NCBI GenBank assembly: GCA_018813725.1
Contig: JAHJBD010000045.1
Location: 1 to 32,048 of the forward strand
Direction of reading: 5' to 3'
DNA from: Nanobdellota archaeon
GTDB taxonomy: Archaea; Nanobdellota; Nanobdellia; Woesearchaeales; JAHJBD01
Length of the DNA: 32,048 bases
The notes under the pieces were generated by a model. It saw only the letters and a program-made list of their open reading frames with translations. It was not told where the DNA came from and ran no database searches. The position numbers were made by a program, and so were the translations under genes. This document shows, piece by piece, positions 4,908 to 13,388 of this stretch. Each line of letters begins with the position of its first letter. The first letter of the stretch is position 1.

Positions 4908-7882
4908 ATCAACCTCTCTGGTGGGATCAAGCCTTGTGGTTTTAATCCTGCATGAGTTGCTCCCAAAGCTTCGTGGAATGTTCCAGAAGATCGATAACCA
5001 TAATTTGGATTCTTTGCGGCATAGTTTTGAGGCAGCCATTGAAGAGCATCATGGATGAACCTTTCAGGGTCTATGGCACTAAGAGTTCCTGCAAACTTCT
5101 GCAAGTGCGCATAACGTGTCATGGCTTCTACTACTAATGGATAAATCTCTGGGTCAACTGACCTGCCTCTTTCTCTTCTTCTTCTGCATACTTGTCCCAA
5201 ATAATCAGCTACCCTTGAAGTGTCACTAAATTTATCACTGGTCCTTGCGTAATGGTGCTTAAAATACTCATTTGCTTCCTTAATATAACTTTTTGCTTTA
5301 TCTACCAATCTTTCATCGTCAAATCTTGAAAGTAGCTTACAGATATGGCCAAAACAGTTATTTTCCATTTGAGAAAGATTCACTAGCACATCTGGCAGGC
5401 CTGAATTGGTTCTTGCCTCAAGGGAAGCCAGATTGTTCTGATCTTCAAAACGGTATAGTACACTACTTGCATATTTACCATCTGCTTTTATGTAATCAAC
5501 TAATGCCTTGTACGCAGATACACTATCCCATGTGACTATATGATGTAAGTCGCTTTCATTAAAATCTTCTGCATTCATTGCATCCAAAACTATTTTTGCT
5601 AAGCGAGGATCTTGAGAAGATGGGGCAACTGCTGCCCACCATACATCCCTCAAATTATTGATATGTCTTGCGACAAACGCTTCCCCTTCAAATATGGGCT
5701 CATCCGTAAACCAATAAGCCAGCTTATCCTCTATCTGAAAAATGAGCTCTCCAGATTCTGGTAAAGCTCTTCTTATAAAGCTTCTACTTTCTGCGTGCGA
5801 TGCTGATTTCATCGCTACTTCAACTGCTTTGGTAAGGTATGCTGGATCAGTGTGGCATGACTGATATAGAAAATCAAACCTGTCTGGTTGGTCTGTTCTT
5901 GTCACTGCTATTACTTCTGCTTCTATATTTTGGTTTCCCTGTTCAATTGCCTTGGTTAAAGCTTCTTTCTTTTGAATGTATGTCGGTTCAACTGTGGTCG
6001 GTTCAGGTTTTTTTACAGTGGTTGTATGGATACTTATGTCAAATATACTTTTTTCTCTACGTTTTTCAGATTCTTTATCGTGTCTTGCTTGAAGTGCTGC
6101 GTAACAAGGATGATCTTTATCAATATCCAAGAATAATAAGGAGTCCATCACACTGCTTACATGTTCTGGAGAACCAAAACGAGCAGTATGAGCTGTTTCG
6201 TACATGATCTTGGCTAAGGTATTGGCATCGTTACCTACCTGGTAAATGAAATTATCAATCACTTCTGGTTCATCAAACTTTCTATCTTCATTGGAGGGTA
6301 ATCCCAAAACAGATTTATGGCCATAGATAAAACTGACAACTTTCGGATTGTAGCCCATGGCCTGGAAAAGGCCAACCTTTCTGCGGGCTGGATCATTTGT
6401 GCCTGGCTTGTTTTCGGTAAATCTAATCCTGTTTAGCTCATCAATTATCTTCTTGCATATTGCTTCCCTTTGAGCGTATGGCTTTGTAGGTGCTGAATGT
6501 GTTAGCATATCACAAGCCATGAAGAAGTTTGAATTGAAAGGATTGTATGCTTCAGGATGTGAATACGAAATGCCCATAAAAACTTCTGCAAAACCATTAT
6601 TTTGGTGCATAGCGAAATATGGTTCAAGCATTGTTTCTATCAAGGCATCTAATTCTCTTGGTTGCAGTAATCCTGATAAGAAAATCATTGTCTGATCCCA
6701 TGCTGGAAGAAGCCCCCTATTTGGCCCATCTATCAGTTGAGTGCTGAACCAACGTGTTGCTGGTTCTCGGAAAGACACATAATCTTCCCAAACCTGTTGA
6801 GTTGTAATGTGACCCTCCCTCACCTCTTTTGCTATATGCCTTGCTGCAAAGTATTCTTGCAGTGTCCTATGCATAAACTGTATCCTGCTATTTGTGAATG
6901 TCACAAGGTTACTGCCCATCACTACAGGTAATACCTCTGAAAGGTATTCTCCATAGCTCTGTCTTAAATTTTCTAAGATTTTTGCTTCATTAGCAGGTGT
7001 ATCTGCTAATTGAGGGTCTGTGTGTAATTGGAATCCAATTTCTGCCATAACATCCAGAGCATCTTGTGACAATTTTCTGTTTTTGTCTATCTTTTCCCTA
7101 TCTGCAAACTCTTCTTCTACGATCTGGCGGTACAGGTGTGCAATATTTGTCACATTAAATGGCCTATGCTGCAGGAAGGCTCTTTCATATAATCTTGTTA
7201 CAAAACTTAGTAATAATGGATTTGTGCAGAAATCTAATAGGTTACTGTCTTGTTTAATTGTTTCATATAATCCTCTATAATCAAATGGCGACTGCTTGTA
7301 TTTTTCTTTTAAGAATCTTTCAATATCTCTGATCTTTGCTGGCTGGAGTACATATTCATCAAATCCGTTAAATCCAGTCTTGGTATTAGGTCTTGTTGAG
7401 ACCATAACTGGAAACCTTGCATTATTTATCTGTTCAATCAACCTTTGCTTTTCAAGAGCTACTTCGTCTAAACCGTCTAGAAAAACAGCAAACTTGCCTG
7501 TATCAAGCAGATGTGTTGTAACTTGGGCAAAATCAGGAAGCCTTGTTTGTCTTACGATAAACTCTTCTAGGGGTGAACCATCGTATTCAGATAATCTTAT
7601 ATAGATTGGCACTTTGCTCTCTTTTAAAGCAGCTTTCTGAAGGGCAACACTTTTACCTGATCCTGGTGGTCCAACTAATAATGTCCTTTGGGTTTGAATA
7701 TAACTGAGCGGCTGAATATGCTCATTTTTATTTCTAACTTCTAGGTCAAGAGAACAATCGCCTAGTGGAATAATCGTTGGCGCTACCCTACGAAGCCTAT
7801 CTTCTAATGTTGACCTAATTTGGTGTTCAACTTCAAATTCTGGAGTAGATACTCTGAGAAGTTCTGCATGGATTTTGCGCAA
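4904..7882 (-). CDS. NACHT-family STAND NTPase (NLR-like) with ~590-aa helical C-terminal region and no N-terminal effector domain
   Basis: Motifs in canonical NACHT order: Walker A LLVGPPGSGKS (~7651..7680), Walker B FAVFLDGLDEV, VMVSTRP, TNPLLLSF, and FMHRTLQEYFAA (winged-helix signature). The P-loop starts at about aa 70, so there is no room for a fused effector. The only canonical in-frame start upstream of the P-loop is the TTG at 7882. There is no in-frame ATG or GTG between the upstream stop (7930..7928) and the P-loop. Confidence 0.88.
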   Translation of the reverse strand: MRKIHAELLRVSTPEFEVEHQIRSTLEDRLRRVAPTIIPLGDCSLDLEVRNKNEHIQPLSYIQTQRTLLVGPPGSGKSVALQKAALKESKVPIYIRLSEYDGSPLEEFIVRQTRLPDFAQVTTHLLDTGKFAVFLDGLDEVALEKQRLIEQINNARFPVMVSTRPNTKTGFNGFDEYVLQPAKIRDIERFLKEKYKQSPFDYRGLYETIKQDSNLLDFCTNPLLLSFVTRLYERAFLQHRPFNVTNIAHLYRQIVEEEFADREKIDKNRKLSQDALDVMAEIGFQLHTDPQLADTPANEAKILENLRQSYGEYLSEVLPVVMGSNLVTFTNSRIQFMHRTLQEYFAARHIAKEVREGHITTQQVWEDYVSFREPATRWFSTQLIDGPNRGLLPAWDQTMIFLSGLLQPRELDALIETMLEPYFAMHQNNGFAEVFMGISYSHPEAYNPFNSNFFMACDMLTHSAPTKPYAQREAICKKIIDELNRIRFTENKPGTNDPARRKVGLFQAMGYNPKVVSFIYGHKSVLGLPSNEDRKFDEPEVIDNFIYQVGNDANTLAKIMYETAHTARFGSPEHVSSVMDSLLFLDIDKDHPCYAALQARHDKESEKRREKSIFDISIHTTTVKKPEPTTVEPTYIQKKEALTKAIEQGNQNIEAEVIAVTRTDQPDRFDFLYQSCHTDPAYLTKAVEVAMKSASHAESRSFIRRALPESGELIFQIEDKLAYWFTDEPIFEGEAFVARHINNLRDVWWAAVAPSSQDPRLAKIVLDAMNAEDFNESDLHHIVTWDSVSAYKALVDYIKADGKYASSVLYRFEDQNNLASLEARTNSGLPDVLVNLSQMENNCFGHICKLLSRFDDERLVDKAKSYIKEANEYFKHHYARTSDKFSDTSRVADYLGQVCRRRRERGRSVDPEIYPLVVEAMTRYAHLQKFAGTLSAIDPERFIHDALQWLPQNYAAKNPNYGYRSSGTFHEALGATHAGLKPQGLIPPERLI

Positions 7883-7978
7883 TATTTCTGCTTCTATTTG
7901 GCTCTCAGTTTCACTGATTTTTATCGCCTATAATATATAAATGAACGTGACCTTATAAACCTTAACAAGTGCTCATGA

Positions 7979-7998
7979 TAACAATACCTTTAAATATC
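7979..7998 (+). promoter_or_regulatory. Promoter of the 4-OT/lysA unit (TAACAATACC-TTTAAATA-TC)
   Basis: The TTTAAATA box at 7989..7996 ends 22 nt before the ATG at 8019. The upstream TAACA-N-WACCT resembles the lysC/asd promoter 23-mer with one gap. Confidence 0.5.
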
Positions 7999-8018
7999 AT
8001 TTTGTCTTTCATATTCTT

Positions 8019-8201
8019 ATGCCAATCGTAGAAGTTAAGATGTGGTCAGGTAGGACTGAGGAACAAAAGGAACAGATAATCCAAGGTATTACAAAAGTAC
8101 TTGAGGATGTTGGTGTTCCTGCTGAAAAGACTACTGTAATAATCACAGATTATCCTAAGTCTAATTGGGGAACTAAAGGAGTGCAAGCTTCTAAACTATA
8201 G
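8019..8201 (+). CDS. 4-oxalocrotonate tautomerase family protein
   Basis: 60 aa with the catalytic Pro-1 (MPIVEVKMW..) and the typical beta-alpha-beta length and pattern (...EEQKEQIIQGITKVLEDVGVPAEKTTVII). Confidence 0.8.
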   Translation: MPIVEVKMWSGRTEEQKEQIIQGITKVLEDVGVPAEKTTVIITDYPKSNWGTKGVQASKL

Positions 8202-8204
8202 AAA

Positions 8205-9455
8205 ATGGAATACAAGTTACCTTTTACAAAAGAGCAGGTTTTGGAATGGAATATTCCAACTCCATTTCACATATATGATGAGAAAGCGGTAGTTTCCAAT
8301 GCAAGAAAATTGTATAAGGCTTTTTCATGGGCTCCTGGTTTTAAGAATTATTTTGCTGTAAAGGCATGCCCTAATCCATATATCATGAAGATACTAAAGA
8401 AGGTTGGTATGGGTGCTGACTGTTCTAGCTTGCCTGAACTGATGTTATCTGATAAGATCGGCCTATCAGGTGAACAGATAATGTTTACATCTAATGATAC
8501 ACCTGCTGAAGAGTTTGTGTTTGCTAGAAAGATTGGTGCAGTGATCAATCTAGATGATATCTCGCATATTGAATTTCTGGAAAAGGCTGCTGGCATTCCT
8601 GAACTTATCTGTTTTAGGTATAATCCTGGCCCTCTAAAAGGAGGAAATGCGATAATCGGAAAGCCTGAGGAAGCAAAGTATGGACTTACCAGGGAACAAT
8701 TGTTTGAAGCTTATAGGATAGTTAAGCAGAAGGGTGCTAAAAGATTTGGACTTCACACGATGGTTGCCTCTAATGAACTTAACCCAGAATACCATATTGA
8801 TACTGCCAAGATGTTGTTTGAATTAGTTTGGGAAATTAAGGAAAAGCTAGGGATAATCATCGAGTTTATCAACCTTGGAGGAGGTTATGGGACACCCTAC
8901 AAACCTCAGGATAAACCGATTGATCTTGATTATGTCTCTGCTCAAATAAAAAAAGCTTATGACGAGATGATAATAGCAAATGGCATTGACGGTCTAAAGA
9001 TATTCATGGAATCAGGCAGGATGATAACAGGGCCATACGGCTATCTGGTTAGCAAAGCTAGACACCTAAAGCACACTTACAAAGATTATGTAGGGATGGA
9101 TGCTTGCATGGCTAATCTTATGAGACCTGCGCTTTATGGTGCATATCATCATATCACTGTGCTTGGTAAGGAGAATGCTAAGCTTGACCATAAGTATGAT
9201 GTTACTGGTTCATTGTGCGAGAATAATGATAAGTTTGCAATAGATAGGATGCTGCCAGAGGTTTCTGTGGGTGATATCCTGGTATTCCACAATGCTGGTG
9301 CTCATGGCCATGCGATGGGTTTTAACTATAACGGGAAGCTTAGGTCTGCTGAGTATCTGCTTAGAGAAGATGGTTCTGTTGTGATGATAAGGAGAGCTGA
9401 GACTGCTCAAGATTATTTTGCAACTTTGGATCTTGATAATCTAAAAGAGTTCTAA
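8205..9455 (+). CDS. lysA: Diaminopimelate decarboxylase (PLP-dependent Orn/DAP/Arg decarboxylase fold)
   Basis: 416 aa. FAVKACPNPYIMKIL contains the PLP-Lys motif. NLGGGYG, a C-terminal GSLCENNDKF and HNAGAHGHAMGFNYNG are also present. It starts 3 nt after the 4-OT stop. Confidence 0.85.
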   Translation: MEYKLPFTKEQVLEWNIPTPFHIYDEKAVVSNARKLYKAFSWAPGFKNYFAVKACPNPYIMKILKKVGMGADCSSLPELMLSDKIGLSGEQIMFTSNDTPAEEFVFARKIGAVINLDDISHIEFLEKAAGIPELICFRYNPGPLKGGNAIIGKPEEAKYGLTREQLFEAYRIVKQKGAKRFGLHTMVASNELNPEYHIDTAKMLFELVWEIKEKLGIIIEFINLGGGYGTPYKPQDKPIDLDYVSAQIKKAYDEMIIANGIDGLKIFMESGRMITGPYGYLVSKARHLKHTYKDYVGMDACMANLMRPALYGAYHHITVLGKENAKLDHKYDVTGSLCENNDKFAIDRMLPEVSVGDILVFHNAGAHGHAMGFNYNGKLRSAEYLLREDGSVVMIRRAETAQDYFATLDLDNLKEF

Positions 9456-9844
9456 GCTGCTTTCTTCAGCTTTATTGTTGTTTTTAATGCTTCTTCTTCC
9501 AGGTGATGCAGATGTTCTGCAAACTGCATTAAAGATCCTGTTTCCCTTTCCATCCGATCTACTGTCTCTTCTACATGCTGTATGTCTGTGAGAATATAAC
9601 TCTTATCTCTTTTATGCTGGATATCTGCAATCAATGTCCTTACAACAATATTATACCTTTCGATTGAGTAATGAAGACTGTGTGCTTGTTGTGAGAAGTG
9701 CTGTAATTGAGCGTTTGAGAGGGAAATTGCAGCTAAATGCGCTTGGATCTCTTGCATCATCTTGCTAAAATTTGGTTGATTTGCTTTAAGGTGCTGGATT
9801 ATAGCTTTTTTCCTTTTTCCAAAGTCTGTCTTTATTATTCCCAT
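9452..9844 (-). CDS. Hypothetical coiled-coil protein
   Basis: The track ORF (to 9856) starts at a TTG. The ATG at 9844 is preceded by GGGTGA (SD-like) and a TATTTAAA box ~30 nt upstream. Helical, His/Gln-rich, with no recognisable motif. Its stop overlaps the convergent lysA stop. Confidence 0.5.
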   Translation of the reverse strand: MGIIKTDFGKRKKAIIQHLKANQPNFSKMMQEIQAHLAAISLSNAQLQHFSQQAHSLHYSIERYNIVVRTLIADIQHKRDKSYILTDIQHVEETVDRMERETGSLMQFAEHLHHLEEEALKTTIKLKKAA

Positions 9845-9947
9845 TTTATCACCCAAATTATGCCATACTTAATGAGTTTAAATATTTTATGTTGGTAGAT
9901 ATATTATAAGGAAACTGTCATTTTTTTGTTTTATTAATAACGATAAT

Positions 9948-9956
9948 CTTATAAAT
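9948..9956 (+). promoter_or_regulatory. TATA box (CTTATAAAT) of gdh
   Basis: Ends 21 nt before the ATG at 9978. Confidence 0.5.
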
Positions 9957-9977
9957 CAACAGTATTTTCAAAGCTTT

Positions 9978-11251
9978 ATGACACAGCCAAATCCGCACGA
10001 AGCAGCAAAGGAAACTATAAACCAGGTAGCTGATATACTTAAATTAGATGACTGGGTCAGGGAAAGCCTTCTAAACACTCACCGAGAGATAAAGGTAAGT
10101 TTTCCAGTTGAGATGGACGATGGGACCGTAAAGGTTTTTACTGGATACAGGGTACAGCATAATCATATGATGGGACCTTTCAAAGGAGGCATCAGATATC
10201 ACTGGGATGTGAACCTGGATGAGGTAAGGGCATTAGCCACATGGATGACTATTAAGACTTCTGTATTGGACCTTCCACTTGGTGGAGGGAAAGGCGGAGT
10301 TATCTGCAATCCAAAAGAAATGTCAAAGAAAGAGCTTGACAAGATGACAAGAGGATTTGCAAGAAGGATAGCTCCAGTCATAGGTCCACTTGTAGATATA
10401 CCTGCACCTGATGTTTACACAACCGCTGAGATTATGGGCTGGATCGCTGATGAATACTCAAGATGTTCTGGGAAAAAGTCTCCTGGAGTAATAACTGGAA
10501 AGTCAATTAAAGATGGTGGATCAGAAGGCAGGGTTGAAGCAACTGGCAGAGGCGGCCTTTTTGTACTGCAAAAATATCTTAAAGAGATTGGTGATAATCT
10601 TAAAGGTAAAACAATCGCTATCCAAGGTTTTGGTAATGCTGGTTCAATTTTTGCAAGGCTTGCTTTTGAATCTGGAGCAAAGATAATTGCAGTTTCTGAT
10701 TCAAGCGGTGCGATAATAAATGAGCAAGGGCTTGATATCCTTGCTGTAATCAAACATAAAGAAAAGACCCGCAAAGTTGGGGATTTTCCTGGTGCAAGGA
10801 ATTCAAGCAATGAAAGTATCCTTGAGATGAAATGTGATGTGCTTGTACCGGCAGCTTTAGAAAATGTGATTGTCAGGGAGAACGCAAGTAAGATCAAGGC
10901 TAAACTTATATTAGAGCTCGCCAATGGTCCTGTTAGTTCAGCTGGACAAAAGGCTCTTGAGAAAAAAGGAACTGTAGTAATACCAGATGTACTAGCTAAT
11001 GCTGGCGGTGTTCAGTATCTTATTATGAATGGGATCAAAACCTGAAGAATGAACATTGGACAGAAGATGTGGTTAATCAAAAACTTCAAAAGAGGATTGA
11101 GAAGAATACTAAAGAGGTAATTGAGACTGCTGAAAAATACAAGGTCAATCTTAGGCTTGGCGCTTATATCTTGGCAATAAGCAGGATCGCTAAGAAAGCC
11201 CATAATGAGCTTAACCTTAATCATTATATATGCATGAAGGATCTTTTGTAA
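9978..11251 (+). pseudogene. gdhA: Glutamate dehydrogenase interrupted by a 1-nt frameshift near 11010-11012 (pseudogene or sequencing error)
   Basis: Frame 1 (9978..11045) has KGGIRYH, LGGGKGG (catalytic Lys) and the GFGNAGS Rossmann motif. After ANAGGV it degenerates into QYLIMNGIKT*. Shifting one base at 11012 restores SVSYYEWDQNLKNEHWTEDVVNQKLQKRIEK...VNLRLGAYILAISRIAKKAHNELNL, the canonical GDH C-terminus, which includes track ORF 11069..11251. A missing T in GGTGT(T)TCA would fix it. Confidence 0.85.
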
Positions 11252-11252
11252 G

Positions 11253-12479
11253 ATGGTAAAAAGAAATAAGAATATTGAAAAATTAAAAGCAGGCTATCTA
11301 TTCCCAGAGATTGGTAGACGAAAAAGAGAGTTTTTAGCTAAAAATCCTGGAATAAAACTAATTTCGCTTGGTATTGGGAATACCACCGAGCCATTAACAC
11401 CTCATGTTGTTGATGCTTTGGTAAAATATTCAAAATCCTTAGGTACTAAAGAAGGTTATACTGGTTATGATGATGATCAGAAGGCTCAGGATTTTCTTCT
11501 AGAATTAAAGACAAGAATCTCAAAGAATTGGTATAATGGTCTAGTAGGGGCTGATGAGATAGTTTGCTCAGATGGTGCAAAACCTGATTGTGGCAGGCTT
11601 CAAGTTCTATTTGGCAATGATGTAACTATCGCTGTGCAGGATCCTGCATATCCAGTCTATGTTGACGGCTCTGTTATTATCGGGGCAACAGGTGAATACA
11701 ATGAGAAAAAGCAAGGGTTTGATAAGCTTATATATATGCCTTGCACTCCTGAAAATAATTTCTTACCTGATTTAAGCAAATTACCAAGGACTGACCTGAT
11801 ATATTTCTGCAGCCCTAACAATCCAACAGGTGCTGTTGCAACAAAAGAGCAATTAAAAGAGTTGGTTGATTTTGCACTTAAAAATAAGTCTATAATCATC
11901 TTTGATGCTGCTTATTCAGCATTTATCAACGATAAAAAGCTTCCAAAGTCAATATTTGAGATTAAAGGTGCAAGAGAATGTTCAATTGAGATAAATTCAC
12001 TTTCAAAACCAGCTGGTTTTACTGGTGTTAGGTTTGGTTGGACAGTTGTTCCAAAAGAGCTGAAGTTTGATGATGGTAGTCCTGTTCTTTCTGACTGGAA
12101 AAGGATCATGGGCACACTTTTCAACGGTTCTTCCAATATTGTTCAGCAGGGAGCGCTTGCTGCTTTTGATAAAATTGGTATTAAAGAGATGCAAGGCATG
12201 ATCGATTACTATATGGAAAATGCAAGATTGATCAAACAGGGTCTTGATGCAGCTGGGATCAAAAGCTATTGGACTGGAAATTCACCTTATATCTGGGCAC
12301 ACTTTCCTGGAAAGGATAGTTGGGATGTGTTTTCTAAGATCTTAGAAGAAGGGCACGTTGTGACAACTCCTGGTGCTGGGTTTGGACCTGCAGGACAAGG
12401 TTTTGTCAGGTTCTCTGCTTTTGGTCACAGAGAAGATATTGTTGAAGCTGTTGAAAGGGTCAAGAAGCTAAAATTCTAA
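11253..12479 (+). CDS. dapL: LL-diaminopimelate aminotransferase
   Basis: 408 aa. The N-terminal NIEKLKAGYLFPEIGRRKREF is the DapL hallmark. It also has the class I/II aminotransferase core NPTG and SLSKPAGFTGVRFGW (PLP-Lys). Confidence 0.85.
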   Translation: MVKRNKNIEKLKAGYLFPEIGRRKREFLAKNPGIKLISLGIGNTTEPLTPHVVDALVKYSKSLGTKEGYTGYDDDQKAQDFLLELKTRISKNWYNGLVGADEIVCSDGAKPDCGRLQVLFGNDVTIAVQDPAYPVYVDGSVIIGATGEYNEKKQGFDKLIYMPCTPENNFLPDLSKLPRTDLIYFCSPNNPTGAVATKEQLKELVDFALKNKSIIIFDAAYSAFINDKKLPKSIFEIKGARECSIEINSLSKPAGFTGVRFGWTVVPKELKFDDGSPVLSDWKRIMGTLFNGSSNIVQQGALAAFDKIGIKEMQGMIDYYMENARLIKQGLDAAGIKSYWTGNSPYIWAHFPGKDSWDVFSKILEEGHVVTTPGAGFGPAGQGFVRFSAFGHREDIVEAVERVKKLKF

Positions 12480-12487
12480 CAGTAAGC

Positions 12488-12495
12488 TTTTATAT
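12488..12495 (+). promoter_or_regulatory. TATA box (TTTTATAT) of the DMT transporter gene
   Basis: Ends 21 nt before the ATG at 12517. Confidence 0.45.
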
Positions 12496-12516
12496 CAGCG
12501 GTTTTTATTTGTCAAT

Positions 12517-13353
12517 ATGAAAAATGAAAATAAAGGTGAATTGTTTATATTATCATCTTCTATATTCTTTGCAATAACTGCAGTGCTAGTCAAGATACTT
12601 ACAGGAACATTTAGCGGACTTTTTGTTTCCCTGATGAGGTTTGGTATAGGTATTGTTCTTGCTGTAACTATCATGAAAAGCGGCAAAAAAAGCTTAAAAG
12701 GTTTTATGACCAAGGATTATATCCTAAGGGGAATTTTTGGTGCTATAGCTATGATATTTTTTTACATCTCGATACAGTTATCAAACAGTGCCAGGGCTGC
12801 GATGCTTAATCTTACATATCCAATATTTGTGATGATCCTTGGTGCAATGTTTTATGGACATAAGATTACTAAAAAGCATGTTGTCAGCCTTGCATTAGGC
12901 GTTATAGGTGTTGTGTTTATTTTCTATGATGGAACATCTTATGGTCTTCTGGGAAATATTTTAGGGTTGCTTTCAGGGGTTGCAGCTGGTTTTGCCATAC
13001 ATCACATAAGCAGGCTAAGGGCAATGCATGTATCTGCGCATAATGTGTATCTTTCAACTTGCTTGTTCGGTTTTATCCCTGCTTTGTTTGCATACAAGGA
13101 GATTGTTAAGATCAATATGACCAATGTGTGGGTGTTCTTGGTTATGGGTGTGATGATATACATAGCGCAATATCTTATGACAAAAGGGTATAAATATGTC
13201 CATCCAACACGAGGCAGTATCCTTATGTACACTTACATCCCACTTACTGCTGTGCTTAGTTATTTTGTTGTAGATGAAAGGATCACAGTCAAATTTATCA
13301 TTGGGGCATTGCTGATATTTATCGGTGTGATGTTTAAGGAAAAAAGTGCATAA
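12517..13353 (+). CDS. EamA/DMT-family transporter (about 10 TM)
   Basis: 278 aa, hydrophobic throughout, with two similar halves typical of EamA-domain drug/metabolite transporters. Confidence 0.75.
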   Translation: MKNENKGELFILSSSIFFAITAVLVKILTGTFSGLFVSLMRFGIGIVLAVTIMKSGKKSLKGFMTKDYILRGIFGAIAMIFFYISIQLSNSARAAMLNLTYPIFVMILGAMFYGHKITKKHVVSLALGVIGVVFIFYDGTSYGLLGNILGLLSGVAAGFAIHHISRLRAMHVSAHNVYLSTCLFGFIPALFAYKEIVKINMTNVWVFLVMGVMIYIAQYLMTKGYKYVHPTRGSILMYTYIPLTAVLSYFVVDERITVKFIIGALLIFIGVMFKEKSA

Positions 13354-13355
13354 CA

Positions 13356-13363
13356 TTTATATA
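13356..13363 (+). promoter_or_regulatory. TATA box (TTTATATA) of lysRS
   Basis: Ends 25 nt before the ATG at 13389. Confidence 0.5.
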
Positions 13364-13388
13364 AAAAAGTTGAATCAATAATCTAAAA

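Noticed and set aside
4908-5039. N-terminal 44 codons of track ORF 3108..5039 (MAASKLCRKESKLW...), which would overlap the NACHT gene by 136 nt
   Set aside because: The segment is Cys/Arg/Ser-rich and lies out of frame over the conserved NACHT C-terminus. The internal Met at 4907 forms a clean ATGA stop/start junction, the same coupling used elsewhere in the window.
5293-7604. Plus-strand ORFs 5293..5535, 5839..6207, 6737..6931, 7020..7280 and 7296..7604
   Set aside because: All are antisense shadows within the 992-aa NACHT gene. They have no motifs and a Leu/Ser/Cys/Phe-rich composition.
1-8018. Compositional (GC) difference between the putative island and the housekeeping region
   Set aside because: Spot counts of a few 60-nt lines gave overlapping values (roughly 33-40% in the island and 37-53% elsewhere). 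I cannot compute this properly, so no claim is made.
10199-10924. Minus-strand ORFs 10199..10381 and 10415..10924 (169 aa)
   Set aside because: They are antisense to the well-conserved GDH core, and their Ser/Pro/Ala/Ile-rich sequences have no motif.
11069-11251. 60-aa ORF called as a separate gene
   Set aside because: It is the C-terminal end of glutamate dehydrogenase in the shifted frame (VNLRLGAYILAISRIAKKA). It begins at an in-frame GTG only because of the upstream frameshift.
12480-13363. TAACA upstream of other TATA boxes (dapL/DMT junction, lysRS promoter) as evidence for a window-wide regulatory motif
   Set aside because: In these cases TAACA overlaps a stop codon or sits at a different spacing from the TATA box. 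Only the lysC and asd copies share the extended 23-mer, so the wider claim was dropped.
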